This document shows, piece after piece, positions 50,141-62,677 of a DNA stretch of 64,000 bases; position 1 is the first letter of the stretch, and each line of letters begins with the position of its first letter. A program made the translations under genes and the position numbers. A model generated the notes under the pieces. It saw nothing but the letters and a program-made list of their open reading frames with translations. It made no database searches and was not told the DNA's origin. Source of the DNA: Camelus ferus (Eukaryota); NCBI RefSeq assembly GCF_009834535.1, contig NC_045697.1, positions 50,780,001 to 50,844,000 on the forward strand, read 5' to 3'.

Positions 50141-52569
50141 AAGAAAATGGCTCAGGCACATTTTGGGGGTTACCTGACAAACCAGTTTGTGCTAACAAGG
50201 CCCGCCTCTTCATTTGTTATCCGCTTCTGGGAGACGTGATAAATCAACACCAGGTGAATGGGAGAAAACATTCAGAGCCTGGGGTGGGGGGAAGCCCCAG
50301 TCATTTGTAAGTTGCATACCCAGGACAACTCTCCATTGCCTCCACAGAGAACATCAATCCTTGCCCTTTCCATGCGTTATCTGATAGCTTAGAAGCTTTG
50401 GAGCCTTGTTCTTTCTAGGTGAAAAATGAGCCATGTTGTCACTGTACTGGTGTCTATTGTCATGTACTTCCTGCTCCCTCTATTCTTCCTGAAGCCACGT
50501 CAAACTTCCGAGGCTGGGAATTTCCTCAGGGACTTCTAAGAATTCAGCGGCAGAGGGGTGACCCTGTGCGTTGTTATGGCAGTTATGGTAACCATCAGCA
50601 TAAACAAACGCCCCCCTCCCAACCTCCAGTCTCAATCCATTCTCAAAGACACAAAAGGTGCTTTAAGGGCACAGCCATACTTAATGTTAGATTAAATGTA
50701 TTTCGGGCCAGGAGTTCTAGGAAAGATCTTTAGTGTCTCTCTGGGGATCTGGTAAACGCAGGACTGACTCTTCCGTGTAACGAACAGACAGCCCCACCAC
50801 AGGAATTCACAGAGGAATGGCCTTGGGTTTGTGAACATATACATATATTTGTTAACAGAAAACTCTAAAGTGGAAAATAAAGGAATATACAAAAATAGGA
50901 GTTTTTCTAGCAAGTCTGGCATCCTGGGGCACAAAGACATTTTCCTACTGTCTGGCTCACACCTCATAATTTTCCTCAGTTCCTCATAGTCATTTTGCCA
51001 TCTTGATCATGAAACAAAACTGTCTTGACCTCAAAGAAAATACACTGTTTGGTGTTCTCTTTAAAAACACAGATTAATAAATTATAGAAAAATATTTAGG
51101 GATTTCCACAGAGTTCCTCTTATACATTTCTATAAAAACAAAACTCTCCACTTTGATGGCAATGGAATGTATGGAAGAAGTGAGGTAGCCAAAAGCACCA
51201 GAAGTAACTGAGGATTATCAATTGTTTATCCGTATTCAGGAATCACAGAGAGAAAATAAGATGGCTTCTCTGAGAACAGTATTTCCCAGAACTGTATTCT
51301 GGGAATTACCCTAGGGAATGGCATCGGTACTTAAGGAAATTATTTCCTGTAAGTTCAATTGGTATAAAACATAATGCAAAGCCACACCTGTGTATTCTAT
51401 CTGCTTACTTCTTGTTTCATGCAGGGCAATGAATGGGTAAAGTGTGTTTGTCTTTTAAGTGTGGGTGGCTTTGCCTTTGATACTATATAGGTCAATAGAT
51501 AACTGGCCATCTGTTCTTAGGGTGAAAGCTTGGGGCATTAAAATGAAAACAAAAGCAGTGGCCACAGAAGTTAATCACCAAGGATGTTTGTGATCAAGCT
51601 GTAAAGGAGGGGACTTTGTCTTCCTTTGCAACTAACTACCTTCCCCAAATCTCTCCATCTTCTAGCACTTTCCCATTATCAAAACAATTTTCCTCTAGAA
51701 AAAAAGATCTGATCTCAGTCATTCACATCTTCCTGTAAAATTTTATGTCTGACTAGGTGATAAAGCTATTGTTTTTGGCATTTTAATCCCAAAGTCTAAT
51801 GAAGAACAAAGGGTAAAGGGCTGTAATCCCCACAAAAGAATTTCAGGCATAAAAGAGTAGATGGGGAATGAGAGGGAGAAAAAAGGTACTTTCCAGTCAG
51901 AATCCTGCTCATAGAAAAGGCATTACAGTGTCTGTGCTCAGAGGAAACCTAGCCCACTTGGGTTAGATGCTTTGAAACTTCAACTATACTGCTTTGTGTC
52001 TTAATAATTTTTCCATTTCATTCTTAGGTATACCAGTATCATTATACTAAATTAAATTCTATTGTGTAATTATTTTATGATTGTTACACTTTTGCTTTCC
52101 ATATAACTCATTTATTTGTCTTTCATGTAAAACATCAGGAAACCATTTAAATTGTAAAGTCCCAATTTTTTCTGATCACAACAGGCTTCTTTCGCTTCTC
52201 TCAGCTGTGAAGCAGGATCATTTAACCATTATTCTTCCCTACTACTACCACCTTCAAAATAATTACCTTTTCTATCCTACTGTCTTGGCAGCTGTGTCTT
52301 TCTATTGATGCTACTTTATCAAACTCCCTTCAGTCCTCTTGTTTTCCTGTCAACTCTAGTATAATTTGTCGGTTATACCATTTATGTGGTGGTTGTATAT
52401 TCTCCCTTAAAGATCTATTTTTATTTTCTCTTATTCCTCTCATGTCCTCTTTACTACAAGCTCTTTATGAAAAAGAACCATATTTCACCTCTGCCTAAGA
52501 AACTTGTACCATGAGTTTTTAAATTGTGGTTGCCCAATATATTACTGATGAATTTGAATTAATTAAAGA

Positions 52570-53670
52570 CTTTTGTAAGACATATTCCAAATATACTAAG
52601 AACTCTTAAGACTCATCAATAAGAAAACAAGTAACCCAGTTTTAAAAAGTGGGCAAAAAAATCCGAACAGACACTACCATAGAAGATATACAGATGGCAA
52701 ATAACTATATGAAAAGATACTCAACGTAATTCATCATTAGAGAATTACAAATTAAAACAACAATGAATAGCACTATACACCTGTTAGAATGGCTAAAACC
52801 CAAAAAGCTGGCAAGGATATGGAACTCTTATTCATTGCTGGTGGGACTGCAAAATGGTACAGAACTCTGGGTTAGAGTTAGGCAGCTTCTTGCAATGCTA
52901 AACATAGTCTTGCCATCTTATCCAGCAATCATACTCTAAGATATCTACCCAACTGATATGAAAACCTGTGTCTACAGAAAAACCTGCAAAATGTTTACAC
53001 CAGCTTTATCTGTAACTGTAAGAACTGAAAACAACCAAGAAGCATTTAATAGGTGAATACATAAACAAACCGGTGAATTCATATGACAGAATACTATTCA
53101 GTGATGGAATGAGCTATCGAGATACACAAAGACGTGGATGAATTTTGCATGCATGTTGTTAAGTGAAAAAAATCAATCTGAAAAGGCTACATACTGTATT
53201 AGCCTATTTATGTGACATTCTGGGAAAGAAAAAAAAAACAAGAATAAAAAGATTCATGGTTGCCAGGGAGTTTTTGTGGGGAAAGTGAGTGGTTTCAGTG
53301 GGTGAAATTCAGGGGATGTTTCAGGGTGGTGAAATGTGCTACATGGTACAGTCGCCTGCTGATACGTGCTACAACATGGATGAACCTTAAAGACATGCTA
53401 AGTGAAATAAGGCAGTCACAAAAGGACAAATGTTGTGTATGATTCCACTTACATTAAGTATCGAGATTAATCAAATTCATGGAGACAGAGGTAAAATGGA
53501 AATGGGGAGTCACTGTTTAATTGGTACAAAGTTTCGATTTGGGAAGATAAAAAAGTTCTGGAGATAGATGGTGGTGACACAACAATGTGACAGTATTAAT
53601 GTCACTGATCTTTACATTTAAAAATTGCTAAATGTTATGTTATATATACTGTACCACACACAAAAACAAT
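52570..53670 (+). mobile_element. Old L1M ORF2 end and 3'UTR pieces
   Basis: gaagatatacagatggcaaataa, cattgctggtgggactgcaaaatggtac, agtcacaaaaggacaaa motifs. Confidence 0.75.
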
Positions 53671-54598
53671 GTTTTAATGGTATTGTTCTGAAAATCAGTG
53701 AAAACTCTTTGTAGGCAAATAAGACCTTATTAAGTACTCAAGAACTAGCTCTTTACATATTATGTAGTTCTTACCTTAAATAGAATTTAGCATGTAAATC
53801 ACGTAGCATACTGCCTGGCATAAGGTGGAGCTTAATAAATGATTAAGCTACATGATGATGACTATCTATCATGTGGCATTTTTTAATTATGTTGTTGCTG
53901 TAAGTGTGACTGTGTGGAAGCTAATTCCTGTATAAGGTGGGCCTTTATAAAGCTCCAATCTCTATTGGTGCCCTTTGCATTTACCCATTTCTCAAAACAG
54001 AGACTTGTAACTGAGTAGGAAGTAATTTTGTGAACTACTGACAGGGAATCTGTCTCTTTGGTTTCAATATACAAGGTCTAATTGTGTCAGAAGGAATTCC
54101 TAGAGGTCAGGTCACAGGTGATATCAGCCTTCACTTAGAGATAGATTTATCTTAGGACATAAGAGATTCAAGCAAGGTGTCTATGGAGTTATATGCACGC
54201 ATGCTGGTAAGTGAAAGAAGTCAGTCTGAAAAGTCTACATACTGCATTATTCTATTTATGTGATATTCTGGAAAAGAAAAAAATAGTAAAAAGATTAGTG
54301 GTTGCCAGAGTTTTGTGACCTTGGTGAACTGAGGTGTTTCTAGAACATTATTTCCATATTTTTTATGTTCTTTTTGTTTGATAATTTTCAAAAATGTTTC
54401 ACTAGGTCTCAATTATATTAAGGAAAACCCAAAGCAAGGAGTTTGTCCATGTGTAGATCTAACAAAGACGGAAACTCCAAGAACTGGTGGAGCCAGCATG
54501 CCACTAGCAGAGGGAGTCACAGTCACAGTGGGAAGGATCCAGTAAGGGGAGACTCACAGAGCCAGAGTCAGGCACTTAGAGTTAAATAACCACCCCTT

Positions 54599-54726
54599 GG
54601 GGGTAGAGGATAGCTCAGTAGTAGAGCACGGCTTAGCACGCACGAGGTCCTAGGTTCAATCCCCAGTACCGCCTTTGAGAAAAATAAACTCATGAACCTA
54701 AGTACCTCCCCCCAGAAATGAACAAA
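54599..54726 (+). mobile_element. tRNA-derived SINE (Vic-1-like, camelid)
   Basis: A and B boxes, tail, 15-bp TSD AAATAACCACCCCTT/AAATAACCACCTCTT. Confidence 0.9.
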
Positions 54727-55631
54727 AAATAACCACCTCTTCACACTTTCATCTTCAACTTTTAGCCGAAGAGTTTCTATGTTTTGTTTGAAGGGAGGCC
54801 ATGTTTCCTGCTATAAATACTTTATCTTTGAAAGAGGGAAGTTTTCAAAGTGCTTTGGTCTAATGTTTAAACCTTCGGATTCACTATTTCAAAGAAAAGA
54901 GAAGTAGATACTTCAAATGAAACAAATTTTATGCTGCTGTCTTTGGAGTGCTTTGACAAACCAAATTTGCTTAAAGTACAACTTCATTTCACATACATTC
55001 CCAACAGAAGCTTTGTGAAATTTATTATCCGGGAAAAAAAGACAGCTCAGCATTTTGATTTCACAGAAAGAAGTCTTTTGTGAAATTCAGGGTGAAATTC
55101 TAGAATAAAAGAGATAAATCCTAGTAAGAAAGGGTATCTTGGGTTTTCCTTTTTTGTGTGAAATTCTCTGGAATGATATTTGACATTCCAACCTTTTTGC
55201 TTTGACTTAAGAGCTTACAACTCCTGAATTGGAGAGGGACTAGCCTTGTCAAGGCATTTGAAAGGCCACACTACTCCTAAAATAACAGTTTTATTTAGTC
55301 TGAATACTTGATCATCTGAATCCATTTTGAGCTGATTATCTTAATCTATTGGATGAACAGAACACAAAAACAGAAGATATTAACAGAAATAAATATTTTT
55401 AAAATGAGGAATCTATTCTGTAAGTTCTGAGTGAATATTCTTGGCTGAAAGATCTCTTATAGGAATTACAAAGAACAGAATTTTACTCTCACAAAACTAT
55501 AAATGGCTTGGTAGTCTTCCTGGTTTTCTCTCCCATGTAAGCACATGAAAAGTCAACTTGTTAAAGTGTGAATATTTCCCCCAAATTAGAAAGAATTCAA
55601 GAGTCACGGTATTTTTTAAAAAGTCAGTGTA

Positions 55632-56680
55632 GCAGTGACATCACCAAATGATAGCCTAGGAGATCCCAGCTTCCACCTCCCCAGACGAATCAATAACTGG
55701 GCAGCTATCCACAAGCAAAAACAGCACTCTGGGAGAGCTCTAGAGTCCACTTAGGAAACTTCAGCAGCTTCGTGGAACAAATAAATCTGAGAATAACTAC
55801 GCACAAAAAGAGAAGGAAGACTGCTTCATTTTGCTTGCTTTTCCCATCTCTCAGGCTGGCCTTGTTCGGTGCCGGGGGGTGATCCTCAGTTAGAAAGTTG
55901 CCCTCACCAGGAGAGAGAGCACAGTGAGCACCCAGCTTTACCAGCCTTTGGGGCACTGCACAAAGGTCTCACTTTGGTTTTGCCCTACGCAGACCTGCAA
56001 AGCTGAGACATGGAGAGACGGCGAGGAACAGGAAGGAAAGCAGAGACTAGCGGTAGCAGTGACATAGAGGGCACGATCATAGTTCACAGCGACCTGCTCT
56101 GCAAACAAACCCAGCATCTTTCACCACTGAAAAAACCAATGGCCAGCAGAGCTACCATAGACCCCCTGTAGATTTCACCAGGTTTGCCCCATAAGTATGT
56201 GTGTTTGCTGACACCAGCCACCTGAGTCCCTCCCTGCTCTCTCCCCGCTGCCCCCACTGGAACCCAGGAACCCTGGCAGCCAATCCAGTCTTCTGCCTCT
56301 GAGAGAGTGGAAGACACCAGCTCATAAAAACAGGGAATAGAGTGATAGTTATCAGGGACTGGGGGTTGGGGGAAATGGGAAGATATTGGTCAAAGTGTAC
56401 AAACTTCCAGTTATGAGGGGAATAAGTTCTGGAGAAAAATGTATAATATGGTGATTATAGTTAATAACACTGTATTATATACTTGAAAATTGCCAAGAAT
56501 GTAGATCTTAAATTTTCTCAAAAGAAAAGAAACGGTCATAGGTGACATTATGGAGGTGCTGGCTAATGCTATGGTGGTGATAATTTTGCAACATGAAGGG
56601 TATCAAATTAACATGCTGTGCATTTTAAATTTATACAATGTTATATGTCCATTATGTTTTGATAAAGCTGGGAAAAAATA
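55632..56680 (+). mobile_element. Internally deleted L1 (5'UTR-like part joined to an L1MA9-like 3'UTR)
   Basis: 14-bp TSD AAAAAGTCAGTGTA/AGAAAGTCAGTGTA at a TTTT/AAAA site; 3'UTR motifs from about 56320. Confidence 0.75.
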
Positions 56681-56954
56681 AGAAAGTCAGTGTACTAGAG
56701 TTCAATGAGTTATGAACAGAAGGTCAAATGACTTGGGTTCAAGTCTCAGTTCTGTCACTAGCCTACATGTGTGACCTTAGGCAAGTCATATTAGTAAAGG
56801 TCTTTTGAACTTAGTTCTTTCTCATATCTATGCCTGAAATAGGATGAATAAGCTTGCTCAAGGTCACCATGCTATAGGGCTGAGAAAGGATTTAAATCCA
56901 GAGAGCCCCAGAGAATCTAACTCCAGGGGCTGAGTTCTTAACTATTAACCTTTA

Positions 56955-57600
56955 AAATACACATATGTGGCAAACTGATTTTCTACAAAGGTGCCAAAGG
57001 TAATTCCATGAAGGAAATAGAGTCTTTTCAATAAATGGTGCTGGAACAACTGAATATCCACATGAGATAATATGAATTTTGGTCTTGGCTTCACACCAAA
57101 CACAAAAATTAATGTAAAATGCATCAGATAGCTAAACTGAAAAAATCAAAATAAATGAATTTTTAGAAGAAAATACAGAAGAAAATTTTTCCAACCTTGG
57201 GGTAGGCAAACGGTTTTTTAGACAAGATTGTTAAAGTACTCATCAGTACTTTGAAAAAATTTTTCACTGTAGCTTCATCAAAATTTAATCTGCTGTTTTT
57301 CAAATACTTTTAAGAAAATGAAAAGTCAAGTCACAAAAGGAGAAAACATGTGCGATACATATATCTGATACGATTCATAATCAAAATATATAATAACTCA
57401 TACAGCTCAATAGTAAGAACACAAACCATCTAATAATAAATAGGGACAATGTTTCAACAAGTTTCATAGAAGAAAGTATACCATTGGCCAATAAGCACAT
57501 GAAAAGATGCTCAGGATTATTAGTGGCTAGATGGGTTGATATTTTTATCAAAACTCCTCAAAAACTATACTTTAAAATGATGCCTGTTACTATGTGTAGG
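56955..57600 (+). mobile_element. Old L1M ORF2 fragment
   Basis: gtcttttcaataaatggtgctggaacaactg and ggccaataagcacatgaaaagatgctca motifs. Confidence 0.75.
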
Positions 57601-59627
57601 GTATATCTGAATCTGTCTGCTTTTTCACATTCTTATTCAAATGGGATCCCAGTATGGTAACTCTTGAGATTTGTCACAAATGGGAAACACTGTCATCTTC
57701 ACCTCAAAATTATATGTCTTAGGTCTGGGGAAGATGTCAACACTCTTTTGGAGCCATAAATACAGTCCAGACTCCATCTGTTGCTCTGACTGGAATTTTA
57801 GCAGATTTACAGACAGACTCCTACAGGAGATGCTTCAGTGTCCTCAGTTGAGTCATTCACTCAGTCACACATAAAATGTGGGGCAATTTTTACCCCTTTG
57901 CTTCATCATTTGCTGCTTCTGTCTATCTGAAATTTATATTCCTGCAAATGAGGCTCAACAAATGGTATGAAAAACTTCAAAGATAACTAATACAGAGCCC
58001 TGTCTTCTGAAAACTGTAATTTGAATAAAATAATTTTTAAGGGTTCTTAAACTTACCATGTTTGGAAGACAAATGACATGATTTATAGGAAGGAAGCAAA
58101 AAAGAAAATAAAGACTAATTTTTAAAAATATTTACTCACATCAGTATTAAAATAACATTTTATAAATTTAAAACATAGAAAAATAAAAGCATGTCATCAT
58201 TTATGACTTTTTTCCCCTTAAGCTTAAAATGTTATTCAGAAGCAAAGATATTGTTTGTTTTGTCTTAATGTGTATTATTTATTTAAAATTGAATAAATCC
58301 AAAAAAGCAAAAGTAGTATGCTTTTAATGTTTCTCTAGTGATTTAAAACAAATTGTCAAGCACTTCTGTATTTCTAATCTTTTGTTTTACAGTGATTTCC
58401 TAGAGTAGTTAACAAAACCAACTACACCCAACTTCTAGAGGCCTTATGCAAAATGTATCAAATATACACTCTGCACAGAATTAAATAATTATATGCAAAT
58501 AATGTAATAATTATATAATTAAATAATTTTCAGGAAACATTCCTTAGGATAGATATCACTTTTTTACATCTGCAAAATACATTTTTGTCTATTTTTAATA
58601 AAACTGTCATGATACTGATGAACCTTTATTCAACCTCATTAAAGGTGTGAGACATTGTATAGAATATAGGATTTCACAGATGGAAAAAAAGCCTTTGTTT
58701 CCCAACCGAAAGTGCACACTTTGACCCACTTACACCTTTAAGAAAATATACATTTTATGAAATATAAATTTACCGCATAAGCCAAAAAAAATAGGCTGGC
58801 ATGCACAGTACCAACGCAATAACATCTGGCGGACTTCCTTTGCCTTGTAAACATTGAGATAGTCACTCAATGTAAAAGTTCGAAAATGATTTTGAAAAAT
58901 TTGGAAACAAATCAAAGCAGTGCATTAAATAAGTATTACTCAGGACAGCATCGTGCCTGTTCCCAGAATGTTTCCACTCTGCTCCAAGTGATGGGTGGGG
59001 CAGGGGTAGTTTCAAGGCCCACACTGCGGACGCCAGGAAGGTTCACAGACTCCGTGAACTTAATGGCGTTTCACCAGAGTTTGTGTCAACATCAAAAAGT
59101 TTTGGCTTTTCCTTTCAGCTCTGCCAAGAAAATAATTTCCTTTGAGAACCTCTAGCTTAGAATCTAGACTAATGGGAGGCTTTTTCTAAACCAGCCAAAT
59201 TTGCTTTTTCAGAATGAAACCACAGAAGTAAATATGGTTTGAGGTTATTAAACTCCGTAACAAGGAAGAAGGAAGTCTGGCAAATAAAATCTCAAAGAGA
59301 TTTTTTGATAAAGGGTATATTTAAAATTCCCTTCTTTTTCCCCATTAAGAGAAAAAATTTCGCAAACATATTAAGCTTTTTGATTCAATATAAAACTTTG
59401 TAAACATAAAGTAAAAAATATATACACATGTATGTATAACAATTGCCTATCTATCCACCTCTGAGATTAAGCAATATTAGTATTTCATCATATTTGCTTC
59501 GGGTCTTTCTTAATTAAGAAAAATAATATAAATACTAAAGCCAATCCTTTTCCCCCTTTGTTGCTGAACTCCTTTGATAGTGTCATTCTTATTAATGTTC
59601 TGAATTGATGAAATAAATTCATATTTT

Positions 59628-60738
59628 ATGAGAAGGCAAGAAAAATTTAAACATAAAATTTTTCTCTGTCTCCTACCCCAGTGTGCATTGTGCATTAACC
59701 AGACCTCCCCAAGGGCAGAAATACTTGCTCAACCATAAAGATCAATTTTTCTTCTTCTGGTGCCAGCCGTGTAACTCCTTAAAAGGAGCTCTCAATCTTG
59801 TAAGGGGTCACGATGACCCAGCAGTTGCCTTGTATGCGCAGACATCTTTGGTGAACTTCATGTACAATGCCAATATATAGTTTCCTTTAGAGACAGCAAC
59901 TGGTGCAGAATGGACAGGTTAGATGACCTGGGGAGATACCAGGCTGCATCTAACAGAAGCTCTTAGCTTAAATACTTACTTACGACCTTGTTAATAATAC
60001 TAGACACATTATTTATTTTCTGCCAATTTTACAAGATTATTGATTCTTGCATTACCAAAAGTGTGACTGAGCCTTCGATAAAGTCAACGATGATTAGGCG
60101 ACTTTGAAAGATTGATCAAATATGTAGTCCTGTAAGATCATTGACTGTGGCCTATCAGGAAAACCCTCGCCTGAACTGGGAATGAACGGTCTTAGTTCCA
60201 TGGGAAAAATTGGTCACAAAATGTCTCCCAAACCTTGGTCGAAATTAAGACTGAAAGCGTGGAGATTGCAAAATAAAAGAATGTTGCCCACCATCCAGTT
60301 CCACAAGAACCAAGTCACCAGTCCCTGCGGTCGCTGACCAACCGGACACCCTGAAAGGAGTTTGGGATGAAGATCAGTGTGAGGCACTCTGGGTTCTAGG
60401 AAAACTGGCAGAACTGATACTCAGATAGTCAGGTACTTTCAGGAGAAGATTTTATAAAACCAGTTTCTTGCATCTTCCTCTACTTGGAAAATCACTAAAA
60501 CCATATTAACTAAGATACCTGTTCTTCGCGAATAGCAGTAACATTCTACCAAGGTGTGGACTTGACTGCACTTTCCCTTTTGTCAAAATCACATACTTGC
60601 TGGCCGCCCCACCCCCTACCTGTTCAGAACAGTCCTCAGATCTTTCTGAAAGACTGTTTCTTGGGTTAAAATCCTCAGATTGGCTTGAGTAAAATTTTCC
60701 ATTTCTTTCTTAGATTGACTGTTAATTTTTTGTCAACA
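59628..60738 (+). mobile_element. ERV1-like remnant: LTR-like piece, env-tail-like segment, 3' LTR (about 60267-60738)
   Basis: Purine-rich tract before TG at 60267, LTR ending GTCAACA, hydrophobic peptide encoded at 59967-60107. Confidence 0.5.
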
Positions 60739-60744
60739 GAACTT

Positions 60745-61405
60745 TTATTATACATGCATGTTTCTAAATGATAGATATGATACGATAATTTGGGGCTTTA
60801 ACATTTACGTGAATGGCTTTGCACTGAACGTGACTTTTTTTTTTTTAATTATTCAAAAGTATGTTTTAAAGACTTAACCCATGTTAATCCAAGTAGTTGG
60901 AGTTATTTCATTTTAACTCTGTACCATGGCATTGTTTACCACTTGAACTACTGAGGGACAGTAGTTGTTTCCAGATCTTGCTGTTATGAACAGTGTTTCG
61001 CGAGCGTTCTCACACATCATTTCTTATGTACGTGGTTGAGAGTTTCCCTAGCGCAGACATTTAGAAGGGATAGCGCCGGGGTGGGATGCGCATATCTTCA
61101 GCTTCAACTAGGTATCGCAAGAGTGCTTTCCAAGATGGTTCTATGCATTTGTATTTCCTCCAATCATGTCCAAGTTCCCATCTCCCCACATCCTCAACAA
61201 AAGTCAGTGTTAACTGTGAACAACCTCATGGCTATGAGATACTATCTCATTGTAGTCTAAATTTGTTTTTCTTTGATAAATAATGAAATTAAGTATCTAT
61301 TAACTTTCTGTGAATTACCTATTCATATTCTTGTTCATTTTTCTTTTGGATTGCTTGTCTTTGTCTTATTGATATATAGTATTTGTAATATATTCTGGAT
61401 AGCAA
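60745..61405 (-). mobile_element. Old L1ME-type fragment
   Basis: ttgtttccagatcttgctgttatgaacagtg and ccccacatcctcaacaa motifs. Confidence 0.6.
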
Positions 61406-61624
61406 TTGCAGAAGAATGAGGCTTTCATTGTGATTAAAATTAATCTGTTAGACCATTTAGATGGACCAATTTCATTTTAATATCACTGAACCTTAGAAAA
61501 GTTTTGTAAAACTTTTATTTTACTTCTATCCTGAGTTTAAGCCTTGTTCCTCAATATCACACACACATTTCTCTTACCTATTCTAATATACCTTGATCTC
61601 TCTCTCTCTACCTATCTCTTTATC

Positions 61625-61885
61625 TCATAGAGAAACAATGCAACATCATGATTAAGAAAACAAGACAGGATCTGGGCGAAACTGACATTTAGTTTTGAAT
61701 CTCAGCTCTATAGCTTCCTAGGCATATCACAACAGGCACTTTATATAACTTCTCTTTCCCACAGTATTTTCATCTGTTAAATTTAGAAAATAATAGTAAC
61801 TACCTCAAAGAGTTATAATAAAGACAGAACACTTAGCATAAGGCTTGGCACCGAGTAAGCACCCTATGTTAGCTATCATTGTTAT
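61625..61885 (+). mobile_element. MIR SINE
   Basis: ttttgaatctcagctcta ... tcatctgttaaatttag ... taatagtaactacctcaaagagtt ... cttggcaccgagtaagcac. Confidence 0.65.
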
Positions 61886-61984
61886 TCTATAAAATATTTT
61901 AAAATTATAATATTTTTCAAAAGTGCAGTTTTAAATTTCAGTTTAAATTATATATAATAAGGATATCAAAAATAAATGCTCATA

Positions 61985-62677
61985 GCCTCAAAGTACCTCC
62001 TCCAAATACTTAATTACTGTGCTGATTAGAACATAGGACCACAAATTCTGTTATACTTTGACCCCAAGAGATGGAGCTTAATTTCCACCTCTTAAGTATG
62101 AGATGAATCCAGTGACTTCTTTCGAACAAATAGGGTATGCAAAGGAAAATAGTCACTTTATAGTGGAACAACCTGGCTGATACCACTTTAACCAGATGAC
62201 AAGGTTAACTTCCTCAGGAATAAGTAACATTGATACTATGTGCCCCCATATTGTGCAGTAAGCAGGGCCTTTCTGTGATGGTTTTTAAAGCTTATAACAG
62301 TCTATTAATGAGAAAACATCAAACAAATCCAAACTGAGAGACTGTCTACAGAATATCTAACCAATACTCACCGGAAGTGTCAAGGCCCAGAAAACTGAGA
62401 AACAATCACAGATTGAGGTACCTACAGAGAGATGACAAGTAAATAGAATATGATTCTCGGTGGGATCCTGGAACAGAAGAAGGGTTGTAGTGGGAAAAAA
62501 AAAGACTGCAGTTTAGTGTATGGTGTTGTGCTAGTGTTAATGTCTAAGTTTTGATAAATGAACCATGGTTATAAAAAATGCTCACATTAGAGAAGCTGAT
62601 TAAAGGGCATATGGGAACACTGTGCAATCTTTGCAACTCCTCCAAAAATCCAAAATTATTTTAGAATAAAAAGTTTT
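61985..62677 (+). mobile_element. L1MC-type 3'UTR
   Basis: tgggatcctggaacagaa ... tctttgcaact ... aaaattattttagaataaaaagttt terminus; approximate flanking duplication. Confidence 0.65.

Noticed and set aside
53150..54310. Similar 110-bp blocks at about 53150 and 54200 as a local duplication
   Set aside because: Both are the same part of old L1M 3'UTRs, so dispersed-repeat homology explains them.
58730..59155. Unique-looking segment with short ORFs and a minus-strand GTAAGT donor-like site
   Set aside because: No recognisable protein, no paired acceptor or other exons identified. It could be a lncRNA exon or enhancer, but I cannot support that from sequence alone.
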